Positions 27,354 to 38,646 of a DNA stretch of 64,000 nt are shown one piece after another. Under the pieces are notes generated by a model. It ran no database searches and was not told the DNA's origin. It worked only from the letters and a program-made list of their open reading frames with translations. Source of the DNA: Peptococcaceae bacterium 1109 (GTDB taxonomy: Bacteria; Bacillota; Limnochordia; Darwinibacteriales; Darwinibacteriaceae); contig LDJB01000003.1 in assembly GCA_001028815.1 (NCBI GenBank), positions 110,850 through 174,849 on the forward strand, read 5' to 3'. Each line of letters starts with the position of its first letter. Positions within the stretch are counted from its first letter, which is position 1. Made by a program: the position numbers and the translations under genes.

Positions 27354-29117
27354 TTATTTCGCTAACGCTTCCTTGAGTGCAAAGGCAAGAAAGCCTGCAC
27401 AGGTCGCAAAGGCTGCCCCGGTCATGCATTCCCCCGTCTCCTCGTGGACGCTTTCGCAGGCGATACCATTATCCAGCTCGGTCCTGCTGAGGTGGCGAAG
27501 GGCTTGCTCCGTGTTGCCGCTCAAGAGGCTGTTGCAGATGGACAACACCCATGGGTGGGGCGCATGCGCACAGCCGATTTCCGCGATGGGCTTGCCCGCG
27601 AAGGAGTACTTGTACTCCGGATCGCGAATCACCGCCACTGTGTTCCGATAGATCTCATCGTAAGCGCTGCAGAACCCATACCACGGCAGAAGCAAGAGGC
27701 TCCCCGGAGGTTCGTCGTAGATGTCCCACGCCCCCTCCAGATCAACTGACCAAGCGAAGACCTTCTTTCCATTGTACACCTTCACGCACTGCTGGTAGAT
27801 GGCATCCTTCACTCGCTGGGCTTCTTCGAGCAGGGGGAGGCCGTAGAGTTCCTGCAGGTCGGTGAGGATCCGCCACACCAAGACGTTATCGTAGGTGAGG
27901 TACTTGTAGGTGTGCATATCGTCGGTGGGCTGGAGGAAGGTTTCGTAAAGGTGGGTTCCTGGGTGCCTCTTAGTCTTAAGGATCCTGAGGATGCGCTCCA
28001 CTCCCCTGCGCACATGGGCCTCCTCCAAAATGATGCGATCCCCCGTCCTGTCCACATAGCGCTTCAAAGCGATAATGGGGGCACACAGCTCATCCAGCTC
28101 AAATCCAGGTTCCAGCACCGTTCCATCAATAAACCTACTGTGAATCCCCACGTTCTTGATCTGCCTGGTAAATGTGTAGTCAAGCATTTCCCTAGCATAC
28201 TCTGGGTCCGCCATCAAGATGGCAGGAAAGCTCCACAGCAAGCTGTCCCGGTCCCAGTAGGCTGCGGAAACGTAGTAGCGGGGGCTCCTGGAGGTAACTA
28301 GGCAGAATTCTTCTGTATCCAAGGTAATGCCTGAGCCAAAGAAGAAGCTAAAGAACATATTGAGATTGAGGAGCTCCTGGAGGTGCTCATGGCCAACCCT
28401 TTGGATGCGCTGGGCCAGCCAGCGCTGGGTCTTGGCATACTCCTCTGCCCATCCCTGGCGAAGCATCTCTTTTGCAGCCGTGCTGGCAGCTACTTCTTCG
28501 TACCCCACACCCCAGTACACATCCAAGGTGGCCTCCTCGCCTGGAGCTAGATGGACCGTGCGGGTGATCTCAAACCGGATGCTGTCGTCCTGGCCGTGGC
28601 TGTACTTCCACTCTGCCTTCTCTGCCATGGGTGCCAGGGAAAACAGGGGAAGCCCGGTGCGAAAATCCATGACGAAGGCGTGGTTCCAACCGCTTGCGTA
28701 GGCGTGCTTTTCACCTTTAACAGGCTTGTTTTCATTCACTGCGTGCCAAACTTCCCCAAAACACCCCTCAAAGCCCAAGCAGACCTCCACAGGGTCACAA
28801 GCCCTCGCTGTTAAGCGGTAGATAAAGCCCCGCTCGCCTAAGGGTGCTAAGATGCACCCTTCGAAGGCGACGCCCTGGCCAGGCCCGGAGAAGCGTGGAA
28901 TCCAGTATTGGTCCCTATCCCAGTTGAGTTCAGCAAAATCCACAGGCTGGCCGTCCACCGCGGCCATGGGCCTGAGGAGGGGTTCCTCCCCCGCTCCCTT
29001 CACATGCAGCATACCCTTGGCCCGCATGTGGAGGAAGGTGAGCCCCTCAAGAGCGCCATCCTCCCTGATGGTTGGCAGGGAGATAAACTCGTTGCTCGTT
29101 ACGTAATACTTGGTCAT
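27354..29117 (-). CDS. (alpha/alpha)6-barrel glycoside hydrolase, GH15-like (glucoamylase/trehalase/GH125-type WxRDS fold)
   Basis: 587 aa with an N-terminal beta-rich region followed by AAYWDRDSLLW (WxRDS motif of GH15-type six-hairpin glycosidases). Start overlaps the GH31 gene by 4 bp. Family assignment is tentative. Confidence 0.45.
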   Translation of the reverse strand: MTKYYVTSNEFISLPTIREDGALEGLTFLHMRAKGMLHVKGAGEEPLLRPMAAVDGQPVDFAELNWDRDQYWIPRFSGPGQGVAFEGCILAPLGERGFIYRLTARACDPVEVCLGFEGCFGEVWHAVNENKPVKGEKHAYASGWNHAFVMDFRTGLPLFSLAPMAEKAEWKYSHGQDDSIRFEITRTVHLAPGEEATLDVYWGVGYEEVAASTAAKEMLRQGWAEEYAKTQRWLAQRIQRVGHEHLQELLNLNMFFSFFFGSGITLDTEEFCLVTSRSPRYYVSAAYWDRDSLLWSFPAILMADPEYAREMLDYTFTRQIKNVGIHSRFIDGTVLEPGFELDELCAPIIALKRYVDRTGDRIILEEAHVRRGVERILRILKTKRHPGTHLYETFLQPTDDMHTYKYLTYDNVLVWRILTDLQELYGLPLLEEAQRVKDAIYQQCVKVYNGKKVFAWSVDLEGAWDIYDEPPGSLLLLPWYGFCSAYDEIYRNTVAVIRDPEYKYSFAGKPIAEIGCAHAPHPWVLSICNSLLSGNTEQALRHLSRTELDNGIACESVHEETGECMTGAAFATCAGFLAFALKEALAK

Positions 29118-31729
29118 TTTCTTTCCTCCACTCTCATGAGCGTGCCTGCAAGGCCTCTGCCACAGAGCTGCACCGCATCGCCTGGAGTGAGAGCATCCAC
29201 CACCAGGACTTCCTTCACCGGCCCTGTACCTCTCACCGTGCCCCCATTGTATTCTAAGTCATTGCCTAGATCGTCTTGGAACCCCAGGGCATCGCCCCCA
29301 AAGCACAGGAAGGCCAAGATTTCGTACCCATCTAGCTTGTTGGATACGCCGCCCTGAGGCGAGCAGGCCCCCATGATGCGGGCTTTGTTTAGGTGGACAG
29401 GCAAGACTGCTCCGTCACGCACAAACAGGGGGACTTGGTGAAGTGGGCAGGTATAGTCGATCTCCCTTCCTCCGGTGAACACTTCTCCGGTGAAGAAATC
29501 GTGCCACGTGCCCTGGGGAAGGTACACCCGCCGCCCTTCTGCCCCTTCCTCCAGCACAGGGGCGACTAGCAGATCCCTGCCGAACATGTACTGGTCGTGC
29601 ACGGTCCATGCCCGGGAGTCCTCGGGGTAATCGATGGCTAGGTGAGCCATGAGGGGCCGAGCGGACTGGGCGCAGTGGACTGCTTCCTGGTAGATATATG
29701 GGAGGAGGTTCATGCGCAGGTTGGCAAAGAGCCGGTACACCTCCATGACTTCTGGATCGTTATACAGATCAGCAATGTTCCACGGGCTGCGGTCGTTGAC
29801 CCACCGGGCACGGTCGGTGTAGAAGAACTGGCCGCTCCGGGGCTCTGCGTGCCACTGCATCACAGGGCTGAGCGCGGCGAAGGCGGTGGAGCGCTTGTAA
29901 AGCTCGGGGCTGGGGAAATCCCCCGCGAATCCGGCCATATCAAAGCTCCAGAAGGGGATGCCGGACAGGCCTGCGGAAAGGCCAGCTGTCATCTGAGCCC
30001 GCAGTTCACTCCATGTGCTTCTCTGGTCCCCTGCCCAATGGATGGGCACGGTTTGGGCCCCTGTATGGCCTGCCCGGGAGAAGGTGATGCCGTCCTCTAG
30101 GTGCTCCCGGAGAAAGCCGTGGTAAGCCCTAATGTACTGCATGGGGTACTCATTGTGGGCAGTGTCCCCTAATTGGCCGTCGTACGTTTTTGTGGTATCG
30201 CCAAAGAGGAACTCTCCCCCGTCGGTCTTAAAACCCTTTACCCCTAGGTCTTTCACAAGGTAGGCTCGCTTATCAAACCACCACTTAACCGCCTCAGGAT
30301 TGGTAAAATCCAGGAGCAAACTGCCCTTAAACCAATTCTCTGGGATGCGGTAAGGAGTGCCGTCTTCGTTTAGAACGCAGTATCCCATCTTGATGGCATA
30401 GGCCTCATCGTCTTGAAGCTGCTGGCACGCATCGGGGGTGTACTTAATCACAGGGATCTGCCATAAAACAAGGTTTAAGCCCGCCTTTCGCACCGCCTCA
30501 GCCATGAGTTTGGGATCGGGCCACTTCCCACCTTCAGGGAAGTTGAAATCTGCCAAGCGGATGGGCCGATCTTGGGGAAGGGGCTCATACTGGGCATCGT
30601 TGAAGATGTAGAAGGTATGTTCATCGCTCCATGCCTCGAGCACCATGGCAGTGGCAGGCAGTTCATATTGCTCTAGGGCCTTAAGCTGCTCTAAGGTTTC
30701 TTCTTGAGTGTTCCAGCCGTTCGCGGAGATCCAAAGCCCTAAAGCCCACTTCGGGGGAAGCACAGCTTTGCCTGTGAGGCGGTGTAGATCTTTTAGCAGG
30801 GACTGGGGGCTGCCGAAAAGCCACCATTCCTCATACAGCACACCTTGGGGGGCGGTGCGGCACTCTAGGGTAAGCCCTGAGGCCCCATGGTAGGTGATCA
30901 AGCGCTTACTGCTGGAATACCAACCGAAGCCCAGGTCTGTAAGGAAAAATGGGATGGGGATGTAGCTGTACTCTCCTTGGCTGGTGAACTTCTCCACAAC
31001 CGAAAGGACAGTGCTGAGGCCCTTTTGGTCCACTTGGTTGAAGCGCTCCCCTAGCCCGAAGATGTGCCTGACAGGGGTTTGTACGTGGTACTTAATCTCC
31101 CGCACCGACCCGTCTTTAGCGCACAAGAGCTCTAGCTCCGCAAAATCCACCTGCACAAGTGCTGCGCCTTCCCGCCGTACTTCCCATCCTGCACCGGTAA
31201 TCTCCAGGGTCTCTGCAGGGGAAAGCTGAACCTTCACTGACTCCACAGCTTCCCCTGGCGCTGCCCCATCCTTTTCCAATACCCGAATGCGAAGGCCGTT
31301 ATCCCAGCTGAACTCCACAGCTGTTTCGGGGAAAATAGCCCAAGCGCTGTTCTCTCCCTGGTACAACAGGGCAGGCGCGCTAAGCCCCCTGCGCTCGACG
31401 ACGGAGAAGTTGTAATACGGAGTGACTTCCACCTCAGTACTGCCTTCCACAGAAAAGCGGTAGCTCACATCTGCCAACTCGTGAAAGGGCCCCAGGGAGA
31501 AAGAGAAGTAGTGGGAATCCTGGGCGGCCCCTTGGAAAGCCTCCCCCGGGACGGGGGGCATGGGGCTGCCGTCCTGTCTCCACTCAAGGACAGCCCGCAC
31601 TGGGCTCTCCGCCCCTTCTACCTTAATTTGGACTACTACCTCTTCACCTTTTAGGGGCATGTAGGGCCTGCGCTGAAAGGCGCAGTCCTGGATGGGTTCT
31701 AGCCCAGGGGGTACGTGCTTGATCTGCAT
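29114..31729 (-). CDS. glycoside hydrolase family 31 (alpha-glucosidase / alpha-xylosidase-like)
   Basis: 871 aa. GVKGFKTDGGEF (GH31 nucleophile region, compare GxDGxWxDMNE) and IPFWSFDMAGF (GH31 acid/base region). Confidence 0.7.
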   Translation of the reverse strand: MQIKHVPPGLEPIQDCAFQRRPYMPLKGEEVVVQIKVEGAESPVRAVLEWRQDGSPMPPVPGEAFQGAAQDSHYFSFSLGPFHELADVSYRFSVEGSTEVEVTPYYNFSVVERRGLSAPALLYQGENSAWAIFPETAVEFSWDNGLRIRVLEKDGAAPGEAVESVKVQLSPAETLEITGAGWEVRREGAALVQVDFAELELLCAKDGSVREIKYHVQTPVRHIFGLGERFNQVDQKGLSTVLSVVEKFTSQGEYSYIPIPFFLTDLGFGWYSSSKRLITYHGASGLTLECRTAPQGVLYEEWWLFGSPQSLLKDLHRLTGKAVLPPKWALGLWISANGWNTQEETLEQLKALEQYELPATAMVLEAWSDEHTFYIFNDAQYEPLPQDRPIRLADFNFPEGGKWPDPKLMAEAVRKAGLNLVLWQIPVIKYTPDACQQLQDDEAYAIKMGYCVLNEDGTPYRIPENWFKGSLLLDFTNPEAVKWWFDKRAYLVKDLGVKGFKTDGGEFLFGDTTKTYDGQLGDTAHNEYPMQYIRAYHGFLREHLEDGITFSRAGHTGAQTVPIHWAGDQRSTWSELRAQMTAGLSAGLSGIPFWSFDMAGFAGDFPSPELYKRSTAFAALSPVMQWHAEPRSGQFFYTDRARWVNDRSPWNIADLYNDPEVMEVYRLFANLRMNLLPYIYQEAVHCAQSARPLMAHLAIDYPEDSRAWTVHDQYMFGRDLLVAPVLEEGAEGRRVYLPQGTWHDFFTGEVFTGGREIDYTCPLHQVPLFVRDGAVLPVHLNKARIMGACSPQGGVSNKLDGYEILAFLCFGGDALGFQDDLGNDLEYNGGTVRGTGPVKEVLVVDALTPGDAVQLCGRGLAGTLMRVEERK

Positions 31730-31751
31730 ATCATCGCTCCTTGCATATAAT

Positions 31752-31795
31752 CGAAAAAGGGGGCAGCCCAGAACCGCCCGGCGCTGGGTGCCCCC
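31752..31795 (-). terminator. intra-operon hairpin/attenuator after the binding-protein gene
   Basis: On the minus strand: GGGGGCAGCCCAG ... CUGGGUGCCCCC (12 bp, one bulge) followed by UUUUUCGA, between the SBP stop (31809) and the GH31 start (31729). Confidence 0.45.
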
Positions 31796-31808
31796 TTGTG
31801 ATGCACCC

Positions 31809-33053
31809 TTAGAGAGAGATCCGTGCCTCTACTTCCGCTTGGGCCGCATCTAGCGCTTCTTGAGGAGTCATGAAGCCGTCCCGGGCTTCGCCCAAGTAGC
31901 GCCCTACGATATCAGACAGCTCTGCAAACTGCTCCACTACCGGCGGAGTCACCAAGTACTGCAGGGATTCAAACACTGCCGCCTTGTTCTCCGGCGGGGT
32001 AGTAGCGGCGTACATCTCTAGAATATCCTCGTGGGTCACGGCAGGCAGTTCCCAACCGGCCTTCACCCTGATTTCCGCAGCTTCCTTGCTGGTAGAGAGA
32101 AACTCGATCCAGCGGAATGCTGCCTCTGGCTGCTTAGTGTTGTGCCCGATCACCAACCCGTTGGCGAAGAAGTGGGTGGCCTTCGCGGTGTTGCCAGGCT
32201 CCACAGCAATGTCCCAGTCGAAGTCGCAGTTGGCGGTCATGTACGGGAACGCCCAGCTCCCTGTGACCAGCATCCCCAGGCGGCCGGCAGCAAAGAGATC
32301 CCAGTCGCCCATGCCGGAAAGCTGCTCCTCGGTGGGCATAACATTGTACTTCTGCACCCGGTCCACCATGTACTGCAGGGTCTCCACGTTCTCAGGGCGG
32401 TTAATGGTAAACTCGGACCCATCTTCGCTCAAGAGGCTGCCGCCGTTTTGGCGCACAACTTTGTAGAACTCGTGGAACTGGATGGGCTGGAAGATGCCGA
32501 AGATGTCATCTCCTAAAGCCCTGATCTTCTTTGCCGCCTCCAGCTGATCCCACCACGTCCACTCACTGGTGGGGTACTCAACCCCGGCCCGATCAAAGAG
32601 GTCCTTGTTGTAGAGGACAATCACGTTGGAGAAGCTGAAGGGCAGGCCGTACTGGACGCCATCCACTTGGAAAGCAGCCAGGGCATTTGGATCAGAGACG
32701 CTCTGATCAAAGCCCGTCTTTGCCATCAACTCCTCAAGGGGCATAACCGTGCCCTTGGAGGCATAAGCTGCGAAGTTTTCGAAGTTCAGTTCAAAGGCGT
32801 CGGGAATGTTGCCCCCCACTACGCTTGTCATGAGCCGGACGAAATAGTCGCCATAGCCGATAGTCTCAATATTCACCTTAATGTCTGGGTTCTGCGCCTC
32901 GAAGATCTCCTTCATTGCCTGAAGGTTCCCCTCGTTTTCCCCACTGGACGAGAAGTTGAGGAAGTTGATTGTAACGGGCTGAGCCAGTGAGGTGCCTACC
33001 AGTGCCAACACAACTACCAACGCCGCCACCAATATCAGACTGAAACGTTTCAC
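31809..33053 (-). CDS. sugar ABC transporter substrate-binding protein (CUT1) with signal peptide
   Basis: Best start is GTG at 33053 (MKRFSLILVAALVVVLALVGTSLAQP) with AAAGGAGG 8 nt upstream. The track ORF starts at an upstream M (33098). Confidence 0.8.
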   Translation of the reverse strand: MKRFSLILVAALVVVLALVGTSLAQPVTINFLNFSSSGENEGNLQAMKEIFEAQNPDIKVNIETIGYGDYFVRLMTSVVGGNIPDAFELNFENFAAYASKGTVMPLEELMAKTGFDQSVSDPNALAAFQVDGVQYGLPFSFSNVIVLYNKDLFDRAGVEYPTSEWTWWDQLEAAKKIRALGDDIFGIFQPIQFHEFYKVVRQNGGSLLSEDGSEFTINRPENVETLQYMVDRVQKYNVMPTEEQLSGMGDWDLFAAGRLGMLVTGSWAFPYMTANCDFDWDIAVEPGNTAKATHFFANGLVIGHNTKQPEAAFRWIEFLSTSKEAAEIRVKAGWELPAVTHEDILEMYAATTPPENKAAVFESLQYLVTPPVVEQFAELSDIVGRYLGEARDGFMTPQEALDAAQAEVEARISL

Positions 33054-33109
33054 TTGCCATTCCTCCTTTGTGTTTGCTTGCACAGGACCGAAGTTCACAC
33101 AACCGTTTC

Positions 33110-33937
33110 TTAGCCTTTAATCCCCCCTATACTCAGACCTTGTTCAAAGTGTTTTTGAGCAAAGAAATACAGGATCAGGATGGGCAGCATGGAGATAAGC
33201 CCTCCAGCCATCAGCAAGTTGTACTGGTTGCCATACTGGGTGTTGAGCAAGCTTAAGCCCACTGGCAAGGTCATCTTGGCACGGTCGGTGAGGACAATTA
33301 GGGGCCAGAGATAGTCATTCCAAGCACCCATAAAGGTGATTACGCTTAAAGCTGATAAGACCGGTTTGCTTAAAGGAACAATGATCCGGACATAAATTGC
33401 GGCGTAACCGGCTCCGTCAATCAAAGCTGCTTCTGATAAAGCATCGGGGATGCCCCGCATGTTCTGGCGGAGGAGGAAGACAGCAAAGGCGTTGAAGACA
33501 GAAGGGGCTAAAATCCCCAGGAAGGAGTTGAGCAGGCCGAGGTAGCGCAGGACTAGGAAGTTGGGGATCATGGTTACCTGGCCCGGGATCATCATGGTCA
33601 TAAGAAACAATGTGAAGAGCGTATCTCGCCCCCTAAAGGGGATCTTGGCAAAGACATACGCGGCCATGGACGAGGACAGAACTACAATGGCTGTGGTGGC
33701 ACTAGCCACAAACAAGCTGTTAAAGATGGCCCTCCCAAAGGGAAACAGGGAGAACAACCGCTCATACGCATCGAAACTCACAGGGCTTGGAATCCACTGC
33801 ACCGGCAGGACCAACAATGCCCCACGGGCCTTAAGGGATGTGGATACCATCCAGAAGAACGGCATAAGGTTGAAGAACGCAATTATGCTGGCAAAGAGGT
33901 AAAACCCCAACCGCCGGATTTGCTCTCTACGACTCAT
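33110..33937 (-). CDS. carbohydrate ABC transporter permease (MalG/UgpE-like)
   Basis: 275 aa, six TM segments with the EAAxIDGA signature (EAALIDGAGY). Confidence 0.85.
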   Translation of the reverse strand: MSRREQIRRLGFYLFASIIAFFNLMPFFWMVSTSLKARGALLVLPVQWIPSPVSFDAYERLFSLFPFGRAIFNSLFVASATTAIVVLSSSMAAYVFAKIPFRGRDTLFTLFLMTMMIPGQVTMIPNFLVLRYLGLLNSFLGILAPSVFNAFAVFLLRQNMRGIPDALSEAALIDGAGYAAIYVRIIVPLSKPVLSALSVITFMGAWNDYLWPLIVLTDRAKMTLPVGLSLLNTQYGNQYNLLMAGGLISMLPILILYFFAQKHFEQGLSIGGIKG

Positions 33938-34796
33938 AGTGGACCCACCTTTTCTGGAGCTGGAGCTGGATCAACGTTGCCGCGAAGATAAACACGAACA
34001 GAATCCAGGAGTAGCTTGCAGCATAGCCCATCTTGTAATACCGGAATGCGTAGTTGTAAATCCGCTCCACAAACACCTGGGTGGCGCCGCCTGGGCCCCC
34101 TTCGGTCATTACCATAACTTGGGGAAAGAGCTGGAACGAGTTGATTACCGAAATTATGGTCACGAAGAACAGGGTGGGCGTGACCAAGGGGACAGTAATC
34201 CTGGTAAGCTTCTTAAACCAGTTGGCCCCGTCAATTTCCGCAGCCTCATAGTAGCTGGTGTCAATCCCCTGCAGCCCGGCGAGGATAATCAGGGCAAAGT
34301 AGCCCACGTCCTTCCACACACTTGCCAGAACAATCCCCGGCATGGCCCAGCTCTTGCTGTGCAGCCAGCTCGGGCCTGTGATTCCGGCCATGCCCAAGAT
34401 GGCATTGATCGCCCCGTACCTCGGATTGAGCAGCCACTTCCACAGAAGGGCCGCGGCAACCCACGACGTTAAGACAGGGACATAGTAGATAGTGCGGTAA
34501 AGGCCCACCCCTGGGTACTTGTTGTTAAGCAGCACCGCAACCAAGAGCGATGCCCCGAGGATCAAGGGGATATACAAGGCTATAAAGTACAAAGTGTTGC
34601 CCAACACCCGGGGGAACTCTTCGTTCTGGATAATATCCCTGAAGTTTTTCAGCCAGTGGAACTTGGGCGCGCCGCCGATCACATCCCACTCTGTCAAGCT
34701 GAGGTATAGTGATGTGCCAATGGGAATGATAGAGAACAGCAGCAGCCCCACCAAGCTGGGGAGGAGAAAGAAGAAGATGGTTAAGCGCCGGTTCAT
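33927..34796 (-). CDS. carbohydrate ABC transporter permease (MalF/UgpA-like); in this assembly read through from the upstream ROK regulator
   Basis: Starts MNRRLTIFFFLLPSLVGLLLF at ATG 34796 and contains EAAEIDGANWF. No stop codon separates it from the regulator frame; a C6 run at 34804-34809 sits at the junction. Confidence 0.75.
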   Translation of the reverse strand: MNRRLTIFFFLLPSLVGLLLFSIIPIGTSLYLSLTEWDVIGGAPKFHWLKNFRDIIQNEEFPRVLGNTLYFIALYIPLILGASLLVAVLLNNKYPGVGLYRTIYYVPVLTSWVAAALLWKWLLNPRYGAINAILGMAGITGPSWLHSKSWAMPGIVLASVWKDVGYFALIILAGLQGIDTSYYEAAEIDGANWFKKLTRITVPLVTPTLFFVTIISVINSFQLFPQVMVMTEGGPGGATQVFVERIYNYAFRYYKMGYAASYSWILFVFIFAATLIQLQLQKRWVHYES

Positions 34797-36026
34797 GCCT
34801 AATCCCCCCGGTTTAAAAATTGGTGCCCGGTAGATCTGGTTTACAACCAAGGCACAGGTTCCAATCAGCCACACATCCTCCCCGGTGCTGCACACCTTTA
34901 GCTGGACAGGCTGCTGTTTCTTGGCGAAAAAGTTAGTGGCTAGTTCCAGTTCTATGCCTCGCAAAAGGTGCTTGCCTCCGCGAATCCCCTCACCCCCCAA
35001 AATGATGGCTGCAGGGTTGAAAAGATTGACCAAGTTCTTCAGGCCAATCCCGAGGTTTTGGCCTTGTTTATAGATTATGCTCTGCGCGCAGCGGTCCCCC
35101 TGCTCCGCAGCTTCATACACATCATTGATGGTCAGGGAATCAGAATCCCCCAGGATAGTCGGGACTCCTAAGGCGATGTGGCGCTTTACTTCGCTTAAAG
35201 CAAAGTGGTCGGACGCGTACATTTCCAAGCATCCCCGCTGCCCGCAGTAACAAGGGGCTCCCTCATGCTGGATCACAAGGTGCCCAAACTCACCTGCCCC
35301 GCCGTGTTCCCCCCGGAAAACCTGGCCATCGATGACGATACCCAGGCCAACGCCTACCCCCACCGTCACCCCAAGGAAACTGCTGTGGTGGGGCACCATC
35401 CCTGTCCAAACTTGCGCGAGGGCAAAGGTGTTGGCATCGTTCTCCACGATTACAGGCACATCAAAGTGGCGGCTAACTGGGGTGAAGTCAAACTCATCCC
35501 AGGCTAAGATGGGACTGTATAAAACCTTGCCATGGGCCTGGTCCACCAAGCCTGAAACGGCGATGCCGATACCTACCAGCGGCGCACTGTTTACATCGCC
35601 TTCCAAAAGGCCGCTGATGTTATCTATAAGAAGCTGATTGAGGGCGGCACTATCTGCCTCAGGGGGAAGCTCTGCTGCAGCCTTCTGCTGAATCTTGCCT
35701 AAGAGGTTCATCCGGCTGAACAAAATGCGGGTTGGTTCGATTTTGATACCCACCACTGCGGCAACAGATCCGTTAAACTCCAGCATGGTTGGTTTGCGCC
35801 CACCACTAGACTCCCCTGCCCCCGTCTCCACAACCAGGCCATCATCCATAAGCTCATCGATGATATACGTGATAGTAGACAGCCCCAGCTCCGTATAGCG
35901 GGCAAGGTCCGCCCGGGACATGGGCCCGTGCAACCTCAAATGGTTGATCACTAAGATGCGGTTGTGCTCCTTAATTCGCTTCCGGTTGCCACCGCGCAGC
36001 TGCCTCACAATGCACCATCCGTCCAT
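34797..36026 (-). CDS. ROK-family transcriptional regulator (HTH + sugar-kinase-like domain), fused in frame to the downstream permease in this assembly
   Basis: HTH MSRADLARYTELGLSTITYIIDELMDDG and ROK zinc motif CYCGQRGCLEMY. With one C fewer in the C6 run the frame ends ...APIFKPGD-TAG and the permease ATG follows 2 nt later. Confidence 0.75.
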
Positions 36027-36140
36027 CTTTTTTCAATGCTTGACAATACCTGCGGGATTAACTGGGGTATTCGCCCTACAACTCCACTCCGCCGGTCAGT
36101 TTCAGCATAACATACTTCAATCATTGAAGCAAGTTAAATG

Positions 36141-36173
36141 TAAAAAAGAGAAGCCCTGTGTTAATCACAAGGC
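36141..36173 (-). terminator. Rho-independent terminator downstream of the GH94 gene
   Basis: Minus-strand RNA GCCUUGUG-AUUAA-CACAGGGC (one mismatch) followed by UUCUCUUUUUUAC, about 25 nt after the stop at 36196. Confidence 0.45.
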
Positions 36174-36195
36174 TCCCCTCAGGATCTAAATCTGC

Positions 36196-38637
36196 CTAGC
36201 CCAGCACAACCTGGACTTTATGCACCTTTTCATCATCAAAGAGGGGCAGGTGGTTCCCGGTGATAGGCTCGCCATCTACAGTGATTTGGGCAACGCCCCT
36301 GCAAACGTGCTTGGGGTTTAGGACTTCTATTTCATACTGAGTGCCCCTAAAGGTGCGGCTCACCGTGAACCCGTCCCACTCCTTAGGGATACACGGGTCG
36401 ATGCGAAGGCCGTCATAGTCGGGCTGGATCCCTAAAATAGCCTGGGCTATAGCCACATAGTTCCACGCGGCTGTCCCTGTGAGCCAGGAGTTCTTAGCTT
36501 CGCCGTGATTCTTGCCGTCCCTGCCCCCGATCATTTGCGCGTAAACATAGGGCTCTAACCGGTGAACTTCCGACCGATCCTCTACATATGCGGGGGCAAT
36601 CTTCTTGTAAAGCTCAAAGGCCCGGTTCCCCCGCCCCAGCTTGGTCTCGGCGATCATAATCCATGGATTGTTGTGGCAGAAGATCCCCGCATTCTCCTTA
36701 TACCCAGGGGGATAAGACGAAATCTCCCCGAGGTTCAGGTAGTACTTGGAATACGGCGGAGCCTGAAGGACAATGCCGTAGGGCGTTTCCAGCCTCTGTT
36801 CCACCGCATCTAAGGCCTGCTGTGCATGGCCCGTGTCCAGCCCAATGCCAGCCATGACACAAAATCCTTGCGGCTCAATGAAGATCTGCCCCTCTTCACA
36901 CTCCTTGCTTCCCACCTTTTCCCCAAAGGCGTCGTAGGCCCGGAGAAACCACTCCCCATCCCAGCCATGCTGGAGCACCGCAGCAGCCATCTGTTCCATG
37001 TTCTCCCGGGCTTTCTGAGCTTCCTCGTGGAACCCTTTCCGCTCTAACATGGCGATGAAATCGGGGGCTGCGTAAACGAACAACCCAGCAATAAACACCG
37101 ACTCTGCCACAGGCCCTTCACTGGGCCCCGTGGTCTGGAACGATTCCCCTGGCTCCTCTGAGAAGCAGTTGAGGTTGAGGCAGTCATTCCAGTCTGCCCT
37201 GCCGATTAAGGGTAGGCCATGTGGCCCCAAGTTATTGACCACATGGTAAAAGGAGCGCCTGAGGTGTTCCAGGAGCGTCCCTTGATTGCTCGGATCACTG
37301 TTGAAAGGGACCAGCTCATCAAGGATGTCCAGATCCCCTGTTTCCTTAATGTATGCTGCGGTGCCAACGATCAGCCAGAGAGGATCGTCGTTAAACCCTG
37401 AGCCAATGGCGTTGTTCCCTTTCTTTGTCAGCGGCTGGTATTGATGATACGCACTCCCATCGGGGAATTGGGTAGAAGCCAGATCCAAAATGCGCCGCCG
37501 GGCCCGCTCAGGCACTTGGTGGACGAACCCCAAAAGGTCTTGGTTGGAGTCGCGAAAGCCCATGCCCCGGCCAATACCTGATTCGAAATACGAAGCGCTC
37601 CGGGACAAGTTGAAGGTGGCCATACACTGATAGGGGTTCCAGATGTTCACCATGCGGTCGAGCTTAGGATCGCCTGTCTTAACCTGGTACTTACCCAAAA
37701 GCTCGTCCCAGTAAGCCCTCAGCTCGGCCAGGGCCGCCTCTACCTGCTCGTCTTCGGAAAAACGGCTCTGCATGGCTTTGGCTCTGGCCTTGTTGATCAC
37801 GCCCGGGCGCTCCCATTTCTCCTCCTTGGGGTTCTCCACATACCCCAGGACGAAGATGAGGGATTGCATTTCTCCAGGGGCAAGCTCTAACTCCACGCAG
37901 TGGGACCCAATGGGAGCCCAGCCGCTGGCAAGAGAGTTCCCCGGTTTTCCCGCAAGGGGTGCCTGCGGTTCGTGAAACCCGTTGTACAACCCTATGAAGG
38001 TATCCCGTTCGGTGTCAAACCCCGCAACTGGGCGGTTTACCCAGAAAAAGGCGTAGTGGTTGCGGCGCTCCCGGTACTCGGTCTTGTGGTAAATCCCTGA
38101 GCCTTCCACCTCCACTTCCCCAGTACTGAAGTTCCGCTGGAAGTTGGTCATATCATCGTAAGCATCCCACAGGCAAAACTCCACGAAGGAGAAGATTTGG
38201 ATCCTTTTCACCGCAGCGCTGTGGTTGGTAAGCCGCAGCCGCATAACCTCTCCTGTAAAGCCGAGGGGGACAAAGAAAAGCTGCTCCACCTCAAGGCCGC
38301 CCCGGGATCCTGTGATCACTGTGTAACTTAAGCCATGACGGCATACATAGCTGTCCAAGGGCTGCTTCATCGGCCTATAGCTTGGGGTCCAGCAGTCTTC
38401 CCCATCGCGAATGTAGAAGTAGCGGCCGCCGCTGTCCAGCGGTACGTTGTGGTAACGGTAGCGGGTCAGCCGCCGCAGGCGGGCATCTTGGTAGAAGGAG
38501 TAGCCTCCCGCAGTATTCGAGATCAGGCTAAAGAAGTCTTCTGTGCCTAAGTAGTTTATCCAAGGATAGGGTGTGTTTGGTGTAGTGATTACGTACTCCC
38601 GCCTAGTGTCATCAAAGTACCCAAACTGCATACTCAC
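36196..38637 (-). CDS. cellobiose phosphorylase-like GH94 disaccharide phosphorylase
   Basis: 813 aa. N-terminus [29 protein letters not shown] is the classic cellobiose phosphorylase start, and the [14 protein letters not shown] block is present. Confidence 0.85.
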   Translation of the reverse strand: MSMQFGYFDDTRREYVITTPNTPYPWINYLGTEDFFSLISNTAGGYSFYQDARLRRLTRYRYHNVPLDSGGRYFYIRDGEDCWTPSYRPMKQPLDSYVCRHGLSYTVITGSRGGLEVEQLFFVPLGFTGEVMRLRLTNHSAAVKRIQIFSFVEFCLWDAYDDMTNFQRNFSTGEVEVEGSGIYHKTEYRERRNHYAFFWVNRPVAGFDTERDTFIGLYNGFHEPQAPLAGKPGNSLASGWAPIGSHCVELELAPGEMQSLIFVLGYVENPKEEKWERPGVINKARAKAMQSRFSEDEQVEAALAELRAYWDELLGKYQVKTGDPKLDRMVNIWNPYQCMATFNLSRSASYFESGIGRGMGFRDSNQDLLGFVHQVPERARRRILDLASTQFPDGSAYHQYQPLTKKGNNAIGSGFNDDPLWLIVGTAAYIKETGDLDILDELVPFNSDPSNQGTLLEHLRRSFYHVVNNLGPHGLPLIGRADWNDCLNLNCFSEEPGESFQTTGPSEGPVAESVFIAGLFVYAAPDFIAMLERKGFHEEAQKARENMEQMAAAVLQHGWDGEWFLRAYDAFGEKVGSKECEEGQIFIEPQGFCVMAGIGLDTGHAQQALDAVEQRLETPYGIVLQAPPYSKYYLNLGEISSYPPGYKENAGIFCHNNPWIMIAETKLGRGNRAFELYKKIAPAYVEDRSEVHRLEPYVYAQMIGGRDGKNHGEAKNSWLTGTAAWNYVAIAQAILGIQPDYDGLRIDPCIPKEWDGFTVSRTFRGTQYEIEVLNPKHVCRGVAQITVDGEPITGNHLPLFDDEKVHKVQVVLG

Positions 38638-38646
38638 CCTCCTCTG

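Noticed and set aside
36027-36195. Plus-strand ORF 35920..36189 (89 aa) and a TTGACA-like hexamer in the cbp/ROK intergenic region
   Set aside because: The ORF spans the minus-strand terminator and regulator start and has no RBS. The region is better explained as terminator plus promoter for the minus-strand ROK operon.
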